DNA of 64,000 nt from an archaeon (GCA_021800855.1 JAJYYP010000001.1:20335-84334), one strand, 5' to 3'. Positions 1-9,601 are shown, counted from the stretch's first letter. Translations and numbers: made by a program. Notes: a model not told the origin generated them from the letters alone.

Positions 1-209
1 AGGCGGTATCGGCCGTGACCGGGGTAAAGCCGAGGTTCACTGGGATAGGCGGGCAGACGGTAGGGAATCTCTTCAGGAGGGATGGGATACCGACTGCAGT
101 GTGGAGCACCATCGACGAAGTGCCCCACGAGCCCAACGAATACTCTAAGCTCGCCAACCTCGTCAACGACGCGAAGGTCTTCGCATCTGTCCCTCTGTTG
201 GCCGTTTAG
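1..209 (+). CDS. 3' end of an ORF entering from upstream of the window, function unknown
   Basis: Frame is open from the window edge to TAG at 207-209. No motif recognised. Confidence 0.3.
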   Translation, partial: AVSAVTGVKPRFTGIGGQTVGNLFRRDGIPTAVWSTIDEVPHEPNEYSKLANLVNDAKVFASVPLLAV

Positions 210-593
210 CCGCCGGGGTTTCAGACAGCGCGGGCTAAGGAGGCCCCCAGAACGTTGAGGGCCTACGCTGCGTCGAGAAACTCCTGCGAGATGTCGCCTA
301 CAGCAGTCTCGATGTATCCGACGCTGCTATCGCCGTCAGGACGAAGCCCCGCCCATGCCGAAGTAGAAGTTCCGCTTCGAGATTGAGCGTCCTCTGGCCG
401 ATCGCCAAACCGTCCCCCAACTTGGTCGGGCCGTCAACCAAGAGGACTACACGCACAGCTTAGGCAGAGGCCCCGGTGCCGTGGGCCTCTTCGCCATGGA
501 CAAAGCTCTCAGATGCTGAGATCGCTGGAGGCAGCTGGAGCCAAGGGCCGCTGAAGGCTTACATCGGAGGCGTCGGAAAGGTCGCCTTTCGTC

Positions 594-1157
594 ATGCCTG
601 CTACATCCTCCTATCTGGTCATATTGATTGTGGTGGCCCTTGTCCTGGTGAGGGTATCTAGGAGAGTCCTGGCGAGCCACAAGGGAACGGCTTTCAGCAT
701 CTCTAGGACATACATCTACACCGCAGTGTACATACTCATAGGCGTGGCTTTCTCTGCGCTCTCCTACGCCGAGGGTGTGCCTTACCTCGTCGCGCTCCCG
801 GAAGCGGCCTTGGCCGCCGTAGCCGCAGCCGGCTCGTATTTCTACTCTGACAGGAGGATCGCCTTTTGGAAGGAAGGGGAGACGCTCTACTTCCGTGGGG
901 GGGTCGTCATCTATCTGGTCTACCTGGTGGCTTTGGTGGCCAGGCTTGCCCTGGACGTAGCTTTCCTTGGACCCGCGGCCTTCAGCCTCTCGTCAGCCTC
1001 CCTGACAGGGGCCGCCCTCTACTCTACCATAGCGACCGACCTGCTGCTGACCTTCGGAGTGGGCCTTCTCCTGGGGCGGGCGGTGAGGCTGGCGATGCGC
1101 TACAGTAAAATCTCCAGAGGGGAAGAGCAGGTCCAGGGAGCACGGCCTGGCATATGA
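594..1157 (+). CDS. polytopic membrane protein, unknown function
   Basis: 187-aa ORF with several long hydrophobic segments (LVILIVVALVLV, YILIGVAFSAL, VIYLVYLVALVA) and codon usage like neighbouring genes. Confidence 0.55.
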   Translation: MPATSSYLVILIVVALVLVRVSRRVLASHKGTAFSISRTYIYTAVYILIGVAFSALSYAEGVPYLVALPEAALAAVAAAGSYFYSDRRIAFWKEGETLYFRGGVVIYLVYLVALVARLALDVAFLGPAAFSLSSASLTGAALYSTIATDLLLTFGVGLLLGRAVRLAMRYSKISRGEEQVQGARPGI

Positions 1158-1240
1158 TTAGAAAGCCCGGTGCATGGCGGATGAAATCCGGGAGCGCGAG
1201 CTGGGTCGAGCTCCCCGCTCTGCGCCCTGTGCCCTATCTC

Positions 1241-1447
1241 TTAGCTCGATGATAGGTAGCTCCAGGTGACCACGCCGACGAGCATCACCAGCGAACCGGC
1301 GAAGCCCGTGATCAGAGCCCCAGCCATGTCAGAGCTCAGCCCGAAGGTCTCGATGAACGAGATTACAGGGGCCCTGACGAGCCAGGCGAAGAAGCCCAGC
1401 GCGTAACCTACGAGCCAGAAAGCCAGCAGGATGAGTTTTCTGCCCAT
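1241..1447 (-). CDS. small membrane protein (about 2 TM)
   Basis: 68-aa ORF with hydrophobic helices LILLAFWLVGYALGFFAWLV and ALITGFAGSLVMLVGVV. Confidence 0.45.
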   Translation of the reverse strand: MGRKLILLAFWLVGYALGFFAWLVRAPVISFIETFGLSSDMAGALITGFAGSLVMLVGVVTWSYLSSS

Positions 1448-1526
1448 GCTGTTTCGACGTCATGCCTAGGCCCCTGTTCGGTAAATCGGGCGGGGACAGT
1501 ATTCCTTTACGGCTTGGTTGAATAGT

Positions 1527-1682
1527 TTACAGCAGGATTCCAAGCGCCGCAAGGGCGTAGGCGGTCAGGAAACTGCTCGCCCCTCCAAGGAGAACTAGGA
1601 GCACCCCCTCAGCGAGGACCCTCTTTTCCTGTCTGTACTCGTCGTTGACGCAGACGGCCAGCAAATCGCCGAACAACGCCAT
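1527..1682 (-). CDS. possible 51-aa small membrane protein
   Basis: ATG at 1680-1682, TAA at 1527-1529. Hand translation gives MALFGDLLAVCVNDEYRQEKRVLAEGVLLVLLGGASSFLTAYALAALGILL. It is below the ORF-track cutoff. Confidence 0.3.
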   Translation of the reverse strand: MALFGDLLAVCVNDEYRQEKRVLAEGVLLVLLGGASSFLTAYALAALGILL

Positions 1683-1924
1683 CGGTTGTGGAGGCAAGTA
1701 TGTATTTCAATGGGGCGTCAGGCTAGTTAACGGTTGCGGAGGAGGCGTCCATGACTGTGCGAAGGGCCCCCGGGCGGGGGTTCCGCTGTGGCGTGTCTTC
1801 CACTGACCCCGTCTACGGAGGCAACCATCCACATGCAAATGGCGCAGGCCCTGCCCGGGGCGGCGCCGTCATGCCGGTGCCCAATCTCCAATCCGCTTCA
1901 GCACGGCCATAGCTCTGAGGGTGA

Positions 1925-2862
1925 TCATCTTGCTGGGCTTCCCGACATCCTCCAAGGAGAAGGGGCGGTCGCCTGCTTCGGGTGGCTCACGTTCCAGAGC
2001 CCCTGCGGGCTCTCAGATTCCGGGTTGACAGCGTCAAGTATCCACTTCCCGTCTGACCTGCGCTTCTTCCTCAACAGAGAGAGCGCGTAGTCCATCCTCC
2101 TGTCATCGGTGTAGCCGAGGGCGGTCAGGAAGTCCAGTCCCACTAGCATGTCGTAGTAGTAGTGCACCGGGTAGTGGAACCGATGCCACGGCTCGTAATC
2201 GGCGCCCTGGATGTGCAGCTCCCGCTGCAGAAAGAACTCTGCGCCTTTCTCGACGGCATCTTTCATCCCCCTCGTCCACTTCTGCCGCGGGTAGACGGCG
2301 AAAGCGCTGAGGGGCTCCCAGGAATCCAGGTCGCGCCCACGCCCCCCTTCCCCGTAGTTAAAGCAAGACCATCCACCGAGCGGAGACTGGTTATTCACGA
2401 ACCACTCGAAGGCGCCCTTCACCTTGGGGTGGTCTTCGTAACCGAACTTCACAAGCGCCCTCGCGGCGTTCCCGGTGGTGCATAGGTGTCCTTGCCTCGC
2501 TCCCCCCTTGCTGGAACCAACGAAGCCGCCGTCCTTGGCGGCGAACCGGTCTATCCACAGACGGCACGCCCTCTCAATCATCGGGTCGGCCTTCGTGATC
2601 CCTAAGTCGGAGAGCACAAGAGCATCCAGTTCGTGGACGTGTACTTCGGATGATAGAGGCTCCGCTCCCCCTCCCAGTGGCCCCCCGGCTTCTGCTTTTG
2701 GAGTATCTCCTTGGCCCAACCGAGTCTAGGAATCGCACCCCGGGCAGCCGCGACCTCAGGGTCACCCTCCGGCCTTCCGAGGAGTTCTTTGAGGGCGAGG
2801 TAGCGGACCGACGGCTGGTTCTCCTCGAGGAGCCACGCCACCGCTGAGCCAGGATTGTTCAT
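1925..2862 (-). pseudogene. prenyltransferase/terpene-cyclase-like (alpha-alpha toroid repeat) protein, reading frame broken once
   Basis: The 86-aa ORF (2602-2862, ...YHPKYTSTNWMLL) and the 264-aa ORF (1925-2719, ...LSDLGITKADP...GGWSCFNYG...WHRFHYPVHYYYD) overlap in different frames and read as one protein. The junction is near 2616-2620. Confidence 0.6.
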
Positions 2863-2899
2863 ATGTTCAAACGCGCAGAGCCACCGTTGAATTGGCCCA

Positions 2900-3601
2900 C
2901 TATGAGAGGGCGACGAGGTCGCGGGCAGTCTCCTCAGGTTTCGTTATCATAGGCCAGTGCCCCGCCTCGATTAGCTTGTATGGCCCATCAAGCTTCCCCC
3001 ACTTCCCTGCGACAATCTCCTCCACCGGGTCCCCCGAAAAGGTGCAGAAGATGTACGCCTCCTTGACGGAGTCGTATCCTTTGGAAAGGATGATCGGGTC
3101 TTTGGCGAGTTTTATCGGCCAGGGGGTGGCCATGGACATCATCCACCGCCGGGCTTCCCCGACGACGTCCTTGCCTATCTTGTCGATGGTCTCTTCTGAG
3201 AGTCGGACGCCCAGCGAATCTGGGGTGAGGGACGGAAACTCCTTCGACGGGTCGAAGCCAGCCTGGGGGTCTCTGGTCCGCTCAGGCCTGAGCGCGTCAA
3301 GGTAGATCACCTTAGACACCCGGTCATTGGCCTTGTCAGCGACGGCCGCGGCCACCTTGCCGGCGAAGCTGTGCCCTACGAGCACGAAGTCATCAAGCTC
3401 GTTGTACCTTATCACGTTGAGGACATCGCGTATGGCGGTCTCCATCCCGACGTCTTTGGACATCAGGTGGACCCTCTCCCCCATCCCGGTGAGCGTCACC
3501 GGGTATGCCTCGTGGCCTTCCTTCTCAAGGAGCGGCACCACGCGCTTCCACGCCCAGCCGCCTAGCCAGGCGCCAGGGATGAGGACGAACCTAGACATCA
3601 C
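2900..3601 (-). CDS. alpha/beta hydrolase (methylesterase/SABP2-like)
   Basis: N-terminal FVLIPGAWLGGWAW, nucleophile elbow GHSFAG, C-terminal GHWPM. Confidence 0.8.
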   Translation of the reverse strand: MMSRFVLIPGAWLGGWAWKRVVPLLEKEGHEAYPVTLTGMGERVHLMSKDVGMETAIRDVLNVIRYNELDDFVLVGHSFAGKVAAAVADKANDRVSKVIYLDALRPERTRDPQAGFDPSKEFPSLTPDSLGVRLSEETIDKIGKDVVGEARRWMMSMATPWPIKLAKDPIILSKGYDSVKEAYIFCTFSGDPVEEIVAGKWGKLDGPYKLIEAGHWPMITKPEETARDLVALS

Positions 3602-3835
3602 GCTAGACGCCGCCCCGGCATAAATAAACCCCCTCGGAGTTCAGGGCCAACACCGAGAGGAGGGCTCCGCGAAACTGGTCCTGCCCGCCAGAGAGGCCTT
3701 TGGCGACGTTTGCAGTCCCACGAGCCACTACCCGACCGCCGTCGAGTCTGGCCGAGGGCGTCGAGTCGATGAGGGGAGACCCAGGGGAGCGTTGATATAC
3801 CCGACGCAAGTTCAGAGGTCGGCAAGGCGTCCACC

Positions 3836-4936
3836 TTGCCCACAAGTTTTCTCAAGAAACTCGATACCGCGCAGGGCGTTTTCACCTTCAGGGACTTCAT
3901 ACTCCTCCCTGGAAGGAGCGAGGTCGAGCCGGCGGACATCGACCTCTCGACGAGGCTTACCAGGAACATCAAGCTGAGGGTTCCCCTCGTCTCGTCTCCC
4001 ATGGACACCGTCACGGAGTGGAAGCTCGCCCTCGAGATGGCCAAGTTCGGAGGGGCCGGGGCGATACACAGGAACATGCCAGTGGAGAGGCAGGTGGAGG
4101 AGGCGAGGAAGGTGAAGGCAGCCAAGGCAGAGGCGGCGAGCACCGACGAGAAGGGGAGGCCCCTGGTCGGGGCTTCGGTGTCCCCTCTCGACGCAGAGAG
4201 GTGCAAGGCCCTGGACAGGGTGGTCGACTTCCTGGTAGCCGACGTAGCCCATTTCCACACTTCCAAGGTCATGGAAGCCGCAAGGAGGGTTATCCCCGAC
4301 CTGTCTGCAGACTTCATCGCAGGGAACATAGGGACTAGCAGAGCCGCCTCAGACATCGTCGACGAGCTCCCCAGGGTGGACGGGTTCAGGGCTGGAATCG
4401 GCTCTGGTTCCATATGCATCACCTCCGAAGTCACGCGGGTAGGAGCTCCGACCCTGTTCGCTGTCGCTCAGGTCGCCACCGCTATGGAAGAGAAGGGGCT
4501 TGACATACCGATTGTAGCGGATGGAGGGATCCGTGGCCCGGGGGACGCTGCCTTGAGCTTCGCCGCAGGGGCGTCGGTGGCGATGCTCGGCTCCGCGCTC
4601 GCCGGGACCGCGGAGTCCCCGAGCCCGCGTGTCACAAGGAAGGGGAGGGCGTACAAGGTCCACAGGGGGATGGCGAGCGCGGCGGCTAGGAGGGTGAGGT
4701 TCGCCGTCGACAGGTACAGCGTCCCTGCGAAGGGCCTAGACGAGGGGGTGGAGGCCTACGTCCCGTACGTCGGAAAAACCTCTGGGGTCTTGGGGAGGAT
4801 GGAGAACGGGCTCAGGGCGGCCTTCGGGTATGCCGGTGCCAAGAGCGTGCAGGATATGTGGAGGAAGGCATCTTTTGGTTCGGTGAGCGCTGTCGGAGCC
4901 ACGGAGCTGGGGGCGCACTCCGTCGAGGAGATTTGA
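3836..4936 (+). CDS. guaB: IMP dehydrogenase family protein lacking the CBS subdomain
   Basis: Motifs SSPMDTVTE, GIGSGSICITSEV (catalytic Cys loop), ADGGIRGPGD and HRGMAS. A short linker replaces the roughly 110-aa CBS pair. Its stop overlaps the guaA start (TGATG). Confidence 0.8.
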   Translation: MPTSFLKKLDTAQGVFTFRDFILLPGRSEVEPADIDLSTRLTRNIKLRVPLVSSPMDTVTEWKLALEMAKFGGAGAIHRNMPVERQVEEARKVKAAKAEAASTDEKGRPLVGASVSPLDAERCKALDRVVDFLVADVAHFHTSKVMEAARRVIPDLSADFIAGNIGTSRAASDIVDELPRVDGFRAGIGSGSICITSEVTRVGAPTLFAVAQVATAMEEKGLDIPIVADGGIRGPGDAALSFAAGASVAMLGSALAGTAESPSPRVTRKGRAYKVHRGMASAAARRVRFAVDRYSVPAKGLDEGVEAYVPYVGKTSGVLGRMENGLRAAFGYAGAKSVQDMWRKASFGSVSAVGATELGAHSVEEI

Positions 4937-6480
4937 TGGAGCCAGACCTCGCAGGAGGGATAGCGGTCCTCGACTTCGGGGGGCAGTACGCTCACCTGAT
5001 CTGCCGTAGGGTGAGAGGGCTGGGGGTGTACGCCGCCCTGCTCCCGCACAACACCCCCCTGGAGGAACTGGAAGCGAGGAGGGTGGCAGGGGTCATCCTC
5101 TCTGGAGGGCCCTCCAGCGTCTACGCGCCGGGCGCGCCTGCGGGAGACCCGGGGATCTTCGGCGGAGAGCTCCCCGTCCTGGGCATCTGCTACGGCTACC
5201 AGCTCATGGTGAAGGCCCACGGTGGGGAGGTGACAAGGGGTGAGCGGAGGGAGTACGGCAGGACCAGGGTCAGGATAGCCGACAACCGCGGGCTGTTCGA
5301 GGGCGTGGAGGGCGGGTCGCTGGAGGCCTGGATGAGCCACTCAGACTCGGCCACCAAGATTCCGCAGGCGATGGAAGTCCTAGCGTCCTCAGACGGTTCA
5401 CCTTACGCCGCTGTCAAGCTCTCGGGGCACCGGCAGTACGGCGTCCAGTTCCACCCTGAGGTCTCTCATACAGAGAACGGAGAGGCCATCTTGGCGAACT
5501 TCGTCCTGAAGGTCTGCGGGGCCGAGCGGAGATGGAGCATGCAGGGTTTCCTCAGGCGCGCGGTCGAGGAGCTGTCGCGGCTCGACGGGAGAGTCCTGTG
5601 CGCAGTCTCTGGTGGGGTCGACTCTTCAGTCGCGGCCGTGCTCCTGTCGAAGGCGGTCGGGGATAGGCTCAGATGCGTATTCATCGACACCGGACTCCTA
5701 AGGGCAGGGGAGAAGGAGAAGGTAGAGGCGACGCTCGGCAGGGACCTCGGTCTCAGCGTTGCCTTCGTTGACGCTTCAGAGAGGTTCATGGGGGCCCTCA
5801 AGGGGGTAGCGGATCCCGAAGAGAAGAGGAGAGTGACAGGGAAGGTGTTCGCAGATGTCTTCGAGGAGTTCGCCGGGGCGGAGGGACCATTCGAGCACCT
5901 GGCCCAGGGGACGCTTTACCCCGACGTCATAGAGAGCGGCAGGTCTTCGGGCCCCGCCGCGGTCATCAAGACGCACCACAACGTCGGCGGGCTCCCCTCA
6001 GGTCTGTCGATGCATGTGGTAGAGCCGCTCCGGGAGCTGTACAAGGACGAGGTCAGGGAACTGGGGGGGCTGCTAGGCCTCCCCGAATCAACCCTGAAGA
6101 GGCATCCGTTCCCCGGACCAGGGCTGGCGGTCAGGGTGCTTGGGGAGGTCACCCCGGAGAAGCTAGCCGTATGCAGAGGGGCGAGCAGGATCGTCGAAGA
6201 GGTGCTAGAGGAGGCAGGGATGTACTCGCAGGCCTGGCAGGCTTTCGCCTACGTTGGGGACGATAGGGTCACCGGCGTCCTTGGGGATGAGAGGAGATAC
6301 GGACTCCAGGTCGTGGTGAAGGTGGTCGAGTCGGTCGACGGGATGACAGCGGACTGGAGCAGGCTCGACCCGGCTACGATGGAAAAAATTTCGAGCAGGA
6401 TAACCAACGAGGTGCCGGGAGCCGTCGCCGTCGCCTACAACCTCTCGTCCAAACCCCCCGCCACCATCGAACCTCAGTGA
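4936..6480 (+). CDS. guaA: GMP synthase (glutamine-hydrolysing), fused GATase + ATP-pyrophosphatase
   Basis: Motifs GICYGYQLM, FHPE and the SGGVDSSV P-loop. Start placed at ATG 4936, which overlaps the guaB stop. The ORF-track start at 4858 lies inside guaB. Confidence 0.9.
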   Translation: MEPDLAGGIAVLDFGGQYAHLICRRVRGLGVYAALLPHNTPLEELEARRVAGVILSGGPSSVYAPGAPAGDPGIFGGELPVLGICYGYQLMVKAHGGEVTRGERREYGRTRVRIADNRGLFEGVEGGSLEAWMSHSDSATKIPQAMEVLASSDGSPYAAVKLSGHRQYGVQFHPEVSHTENGEAILANFVLKVCGAERRWSMQGFLRRAVEELSRLDGRVLCAVSGGVDSSVAAVLLSKAVGDRLRCVFIDTGLLRAGEKEKVEATLGRDLGLSVAFVDASERFMGALKGVADPEEKRRVTGKVFADVFEEFAGAEGPFEHLAQGTLYPDVIESGRSSGPAAVIKTHHNVGGLPSGLSMHVVEPLRELYKDEVRELGGLLGLPESTLKRHPFPGPGLAVRVLGEVTPEKLAVCRGASRIVEEVLEEAGMYSQAWQAFAYVGDDRVTGVLGDERRYGLQVVVKVVESVDGMTADWSRLDPATMEKISSRITNEVPGAVAVAYNLSSKPPATIEPQ

Positions 6481-7472
6481 AAACCATGACCCGGCCAGGC
6501 CCAAAGACAGAGCTTGCGGAGCTGCACGTCCACCTCGGAGGGTCGGTGGATCCGGCCGTGATGTGGGAGATCGCTCACGCGCAAGGGATCAGGCTCCCCA
6601 CCAAGGACTACTGGAAGTTCGTCGACATGGTCACCGTGGACGGGGCCAGGGGGAAGACCTTCGAAGAATACCTCGCGCTGTTCCATTGGACTGAGCTCAT
6701 CCAGTCGAGCCCTCTCGCCATCGAAAGGTCGGTGTATCAGACCATCGCCGGGGCGTACAGGAAGAACAACATCACCCTCCTCGAGCTCCGCTTCAACCCC
6801 ATGAAGAGGAACAGGGGAGGGGAACAGGACCTGGACCAGATCATGATGGCTGCGGTGAGGGGGCTGGACAGGGCGTCCCTCGAGTATCCTGTCAGGACCG
6901 GGCTCATCGTATGCTTGGACAGGACGTTCGACAGGAGGCTGAACGAGATACTGGTCGACAAGGCCGTGCTCTTCTCCAACAGGGGGGTGGTGGGGATCGA
7001 CATCGCAGGGCCCGCCGCCCGAGGGTTCAGGTACGCGGACTACGCCGCGACGTACAGGAGAGCGAGGAGTGAGGGCCTCGGACTCACGGTGCACGCGGGG
7101 GAGGACGAGGGGCCTGGATCCGTCCGCGAAGTCCTCGAGCGCCTTGAACCGGACAGGATCGGCCACGGAGTGAGGGCGACGGAAGACGATAGGACAATGG
7201 AGATGCTGGTGGAGAGGGGCGCGATCCTAGAGGTCTGTCCCACCTCGAACCTGAACACAGGGGTCCTGAAGGGGGTAGAAGAGATGAAGAGAGTATTCGC
7301 GGCCCTGAAAGCCCATCGGGTCAGGTACACGATCAACACGGACGGGCCGGAGATGCTGAAGACCAACATCCGCGGCGAGGTGGACTTCCTGGTCAGGCAC
7401 GGCATAATCACCCCCGCTGAGGCCCAGCGGGCGAACAGGACAGCCTTCCAGGCGTCTTTCGTCAAAGACTGA
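6477..7472 (+). CDS. add: adenosine/adenine deaminase family metallo-hydrolase
   Basis: Motifs LHVHLGGS (HxH), TVHAGE, GHGV and TINTDGP. GTG start overlaps the guaA stop (GTGA). An alternative ATG lies at 6486. Confidence 0.75.
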   Translation: MKTMTRPGPKTELAELHVHLGGSVDPAVMWEIAHAQGIRLPTKDYWKFVDMVTVDGARGKTFEEYLALFHWTELIQSSPLAIERSVYQTIAGAYRKNNITLLELRFNPMKRNRGGEQDLDQIMMAAVRGLDRASLEYPVRTGLIVCLDRTFDRRLNEILVDKAVLFSNRGVVGIDIAGPAARGFRYADYAATYRRARSEGLGLTVHAGEDEGPGSVREVLERLEPDRIGHGVRATEDDRTMEMLVERGAILEVCPTSNLNTGVLKGVEEMKRVFAALKAHRVRYTINTDGPEMLKTNIRGEVDFLVRHGIITPAEAQRANRTAFQASFVKD

Positions 7473-7475
7473 GCG

Positions 7476-8246
7476 GTGCAAAGGTTAGAAAGGAGACCAG
7501 CGCTGGGCGTGCTGAAGTTGGAGCCAGCAGAGAAGGCGGTCGCGGTCGGGGAGTACACGGTGAACTATGCCTCGGCAGGGAACGGCGAACCCCTGTTCTT
7601 GCTCCATGGCAGCGAGCCAAGGGAGACCTGGAGGGTGTGGGAACCTTTGCTCGCACTCGCCGACACCTATCGGCTCATAGCGCCCGACCTGCTGGGTCAC
7701 GGGAAGTCGTCGAAGCCTCAGGAGACCCCGGACCACGCGGGTCAGGCTCGGATGCTCAAAGACCTGGCGGACAGGCTCGGGGTGAGCAGGGCTGCGATGC
7801 TCGGAAGCGGGTGGGGGGGCCAAGTAGCCATCGAATATGCCTTGGAGTGGCCGGACTCGGTGAGCTCGCTCGTGCTCATCGCCAGCGCATACGACACGGA
7901 ACAGCTCCCCAGGCTGCGGAAGCTGAGGAAGCCTGCCCTGATAATCTATGCAGAAGATGACATGGTCACGCAGCTGAAGGCAGGGTACCTCCTGCGCGAC
8001 GCCATAGGGAAGTCGAGGCTTGAGGTTCTGGGGGCTGTCGCCAGGGACCCAAGATACGACTTCCGGATGAGCCATAGGCTCCAAAACTTCAGGGCCCCGC
8101 AGGTGATGCAACTTACCAGGTCGTTCCTTTCCAACCCTTTCGCCATGGTCGCCGACCCTCCGGAGATGGAGAACGAGCTTCGGGGACAAGCCCTGAGGAA
8201 GGACGACGAGAAGGACGGCCCCATCTGGAAGAAAGGCTCCCCCTAG
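7476..8246 (+). CDS. alpha/beta-hydrolase-fold protein (nucleophile position is Gly)
   Basis: FLLHGS oxyanion region, APDLLGHGKS, elbow reads LGSGWGG. Confidence 0.7.
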   Translation: MQRLERRPALGVLKLEPAEKAVAVGEYTVNYASAGNGEPLFLLHGSEPRETWRVWEPLLALADTYRLIAPDLLGHGKSSKPQETPDHAGQARMLKDLADRLGVSRAAMLGSGWGGQVAIEYALEWPDSVSSLVLIASAYDTEQLPRLRKLRKPALIIYAEDDMVTQLKAGYLLRDAIGKSRLEVLGAVARDPRYDFRMSHRLQNFRAPQVMQLTRSFLSNPFAMVADPPEMENELRGQALRKDDEKDGPIWKKGSP

Positions 8247-8549
8247 CCGCAGACGCCTGGTCTCGTCCTCTTAGGCTTCGAGAAGCGTCTGTTCCCGACG
8301 GGACCGCGGCCCCTCTTCCCCTCTCCTGTCACCGTGGCCACTCTGGTCCCATTGGCCCTTGATGCCAGAGAGATTTGGGCTTAGCATCATGGAACCTGAC
8401 AACTGGCGCACAAAGGAAGGCCCCTCCGATATGCAAGCGGGTTTGCAGCGCGCCGTCAGGCGGTTACGTGACCCCCCACGTGGCAGAAGGACGGCATCCA
8501 GTTGTACGAGGTTTAGTCGCACGAGCACCGAATGGTCGCGGGAGGTCGG

Positions 8550-9161
8550 TTACCTCGAAGCCATTGCCACGCGCTCTTGCTCGTTCTTCTTCTTGACCGC
8601 GTAGCTGTTGGAGTCGCCGGACGCTGCCTGGATAATCTCGTCCGCCAGGACCTCCTCGACGGTCTTCACCGAGTTGAACGCCGACTCCCTGACCCCCTCA
8701 GAGATGAACCTCAGCGCGAGGTCCACCCTTCTAACAGGAGAGATGTCAACCGACTGGTGGTAGACCACGCCGCCGTAGCTCAGCCTTGTGGTGTCTTCGT
8801 TGGGAGAGGAGTTCTCTATAGCCTTCACGAGCTGTTGCACTGGGTTCTGGCCTGTCCTTAGTTCGATGATGGCGAAAGAGGCCTTGACCACGTTCATCGC
8901 TTTCTGCTTCTTGCCACCCATCCTTCCGGTGTTCTTCGCATATTTCTTCCCGAAGTGCATGATCTCGTTCACCAGCCTTTCGACTATGTTGACCCTCGTC
9001 TTCCCGAACTTCTTGTGCTCGTGCCTCCCCCCCGAGTGCGGGATCAGTATCGGCCTCACGTTGATCACCGTCTGAAGCCCCGGGTCCTCCACCTTGACCC
9101 CGGTCAGGTCCCACCTCTCCCAGAGCAGGAGGTTGGGGTACTCGAGCGCCTGCCTGCTCAT
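8550..9161 (-). CDS. rps7: 30S ribosomal protein S7 (uS7)
   Basis: Motifs IPHSGGRHEHKKF and YGGVVYHQSVDISPVRRVDLALR. Start set at ATG 9159-9161, 2 nt after the rps12 stop. The ORF-track start at 9239 lies inside rps12. Confidence 0.9.
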   Translation of the reverse strand: MSRQALEYPNLLLWERWDLTGVKVEDPGLQTVINVRPILIPHSGGRHEHKKFGKTRVNIVERLVNEIMHFGKKYAKNTGRMGGKKQKAMNVVKASFAIIELRTGQNPVQQLVKAIENSSPNEDTTRLSYGGVVYHQSVDISPVRRVDLALRFISEGVRESAFNSVKTVEEVLADEIIQAASGDSNSYAVKKKNEQERVAMASR

Positions 9162-9163
9162 GC

Positions 9164-9601
9164 CTATCTCCTCGGCTTCTCCTTTCGTCCGTAGACTAGC
9201 TCGTTGAGTGAGACACCGTTCACCTTGAAGACAGTCCAACGGACACCAGGTATGTCCCCCATGGCCCGCTTCATCGACCCGCCAATGCCCTGCAGGACTA
9301 CCTCGTCGTGCTCGTCCACGAAGTTCAGGGCGCCGTCACCGGGTAGGAAGGCGGTGACCTGCTTCCCGTTCTTGACGATCTGGCATCGGATACACTTCCT
9401 GATGGCAGAGTTAGGCTGCTTCGACTCCACCCCCACCTTCTCGAGGACAATCCCTCTAGCCTGGGGGGCGCCTTCGAGGGGGTCTGCTTTGTAGTCGAGG
9501 CCGAGCTTCCGCCTCTTGTACCACTTGTTGGACCAGCGGAGTCTCTGGCGCTTGAGCGAGATCTGCCTCGCTGCGAACTCTCCACGTGGCGAACCGGACA
9601 T
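9164..9601 (-). CDS. rps12: 30S ribosomal protein S12 (uS12)
   Basis: Motifs [14 protein letters not shown] and [15 protein letters not shown]. Confidence 0.95.
   Translation of the reverse strand: MSGSPRGEFAARQISLKRQRLRWSNKWYKRRKLGLDYKADPLEGAPQARGIVLEKVGVESKQPNSAIRKCIRCQIVKNGKQVTAFLPGDGALNFVDEHDEVVLQGIGGSMKRAMGDIPGVRWTVFKVNGVSLNELVYGRKEKPRR

Noticed and set aside
3598-4434. 278-aa ORF on the minus strand
   Set aside because: It is antisense to the confidently identified IMPDH gene. Its composition is Ser/Leu/Ala/Arg-rich, typical of shadow ORFs in GC-rich DNA.
8271-8528. 85-aa ORF (GTG start) downstream of rps7
   Set aside because: Its composition is biased toward Arg, Ser, Gly and Leu. 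It has no motif and coincides with the long hairpin. It is kept only as a caveat in the finding for 8247-8549.
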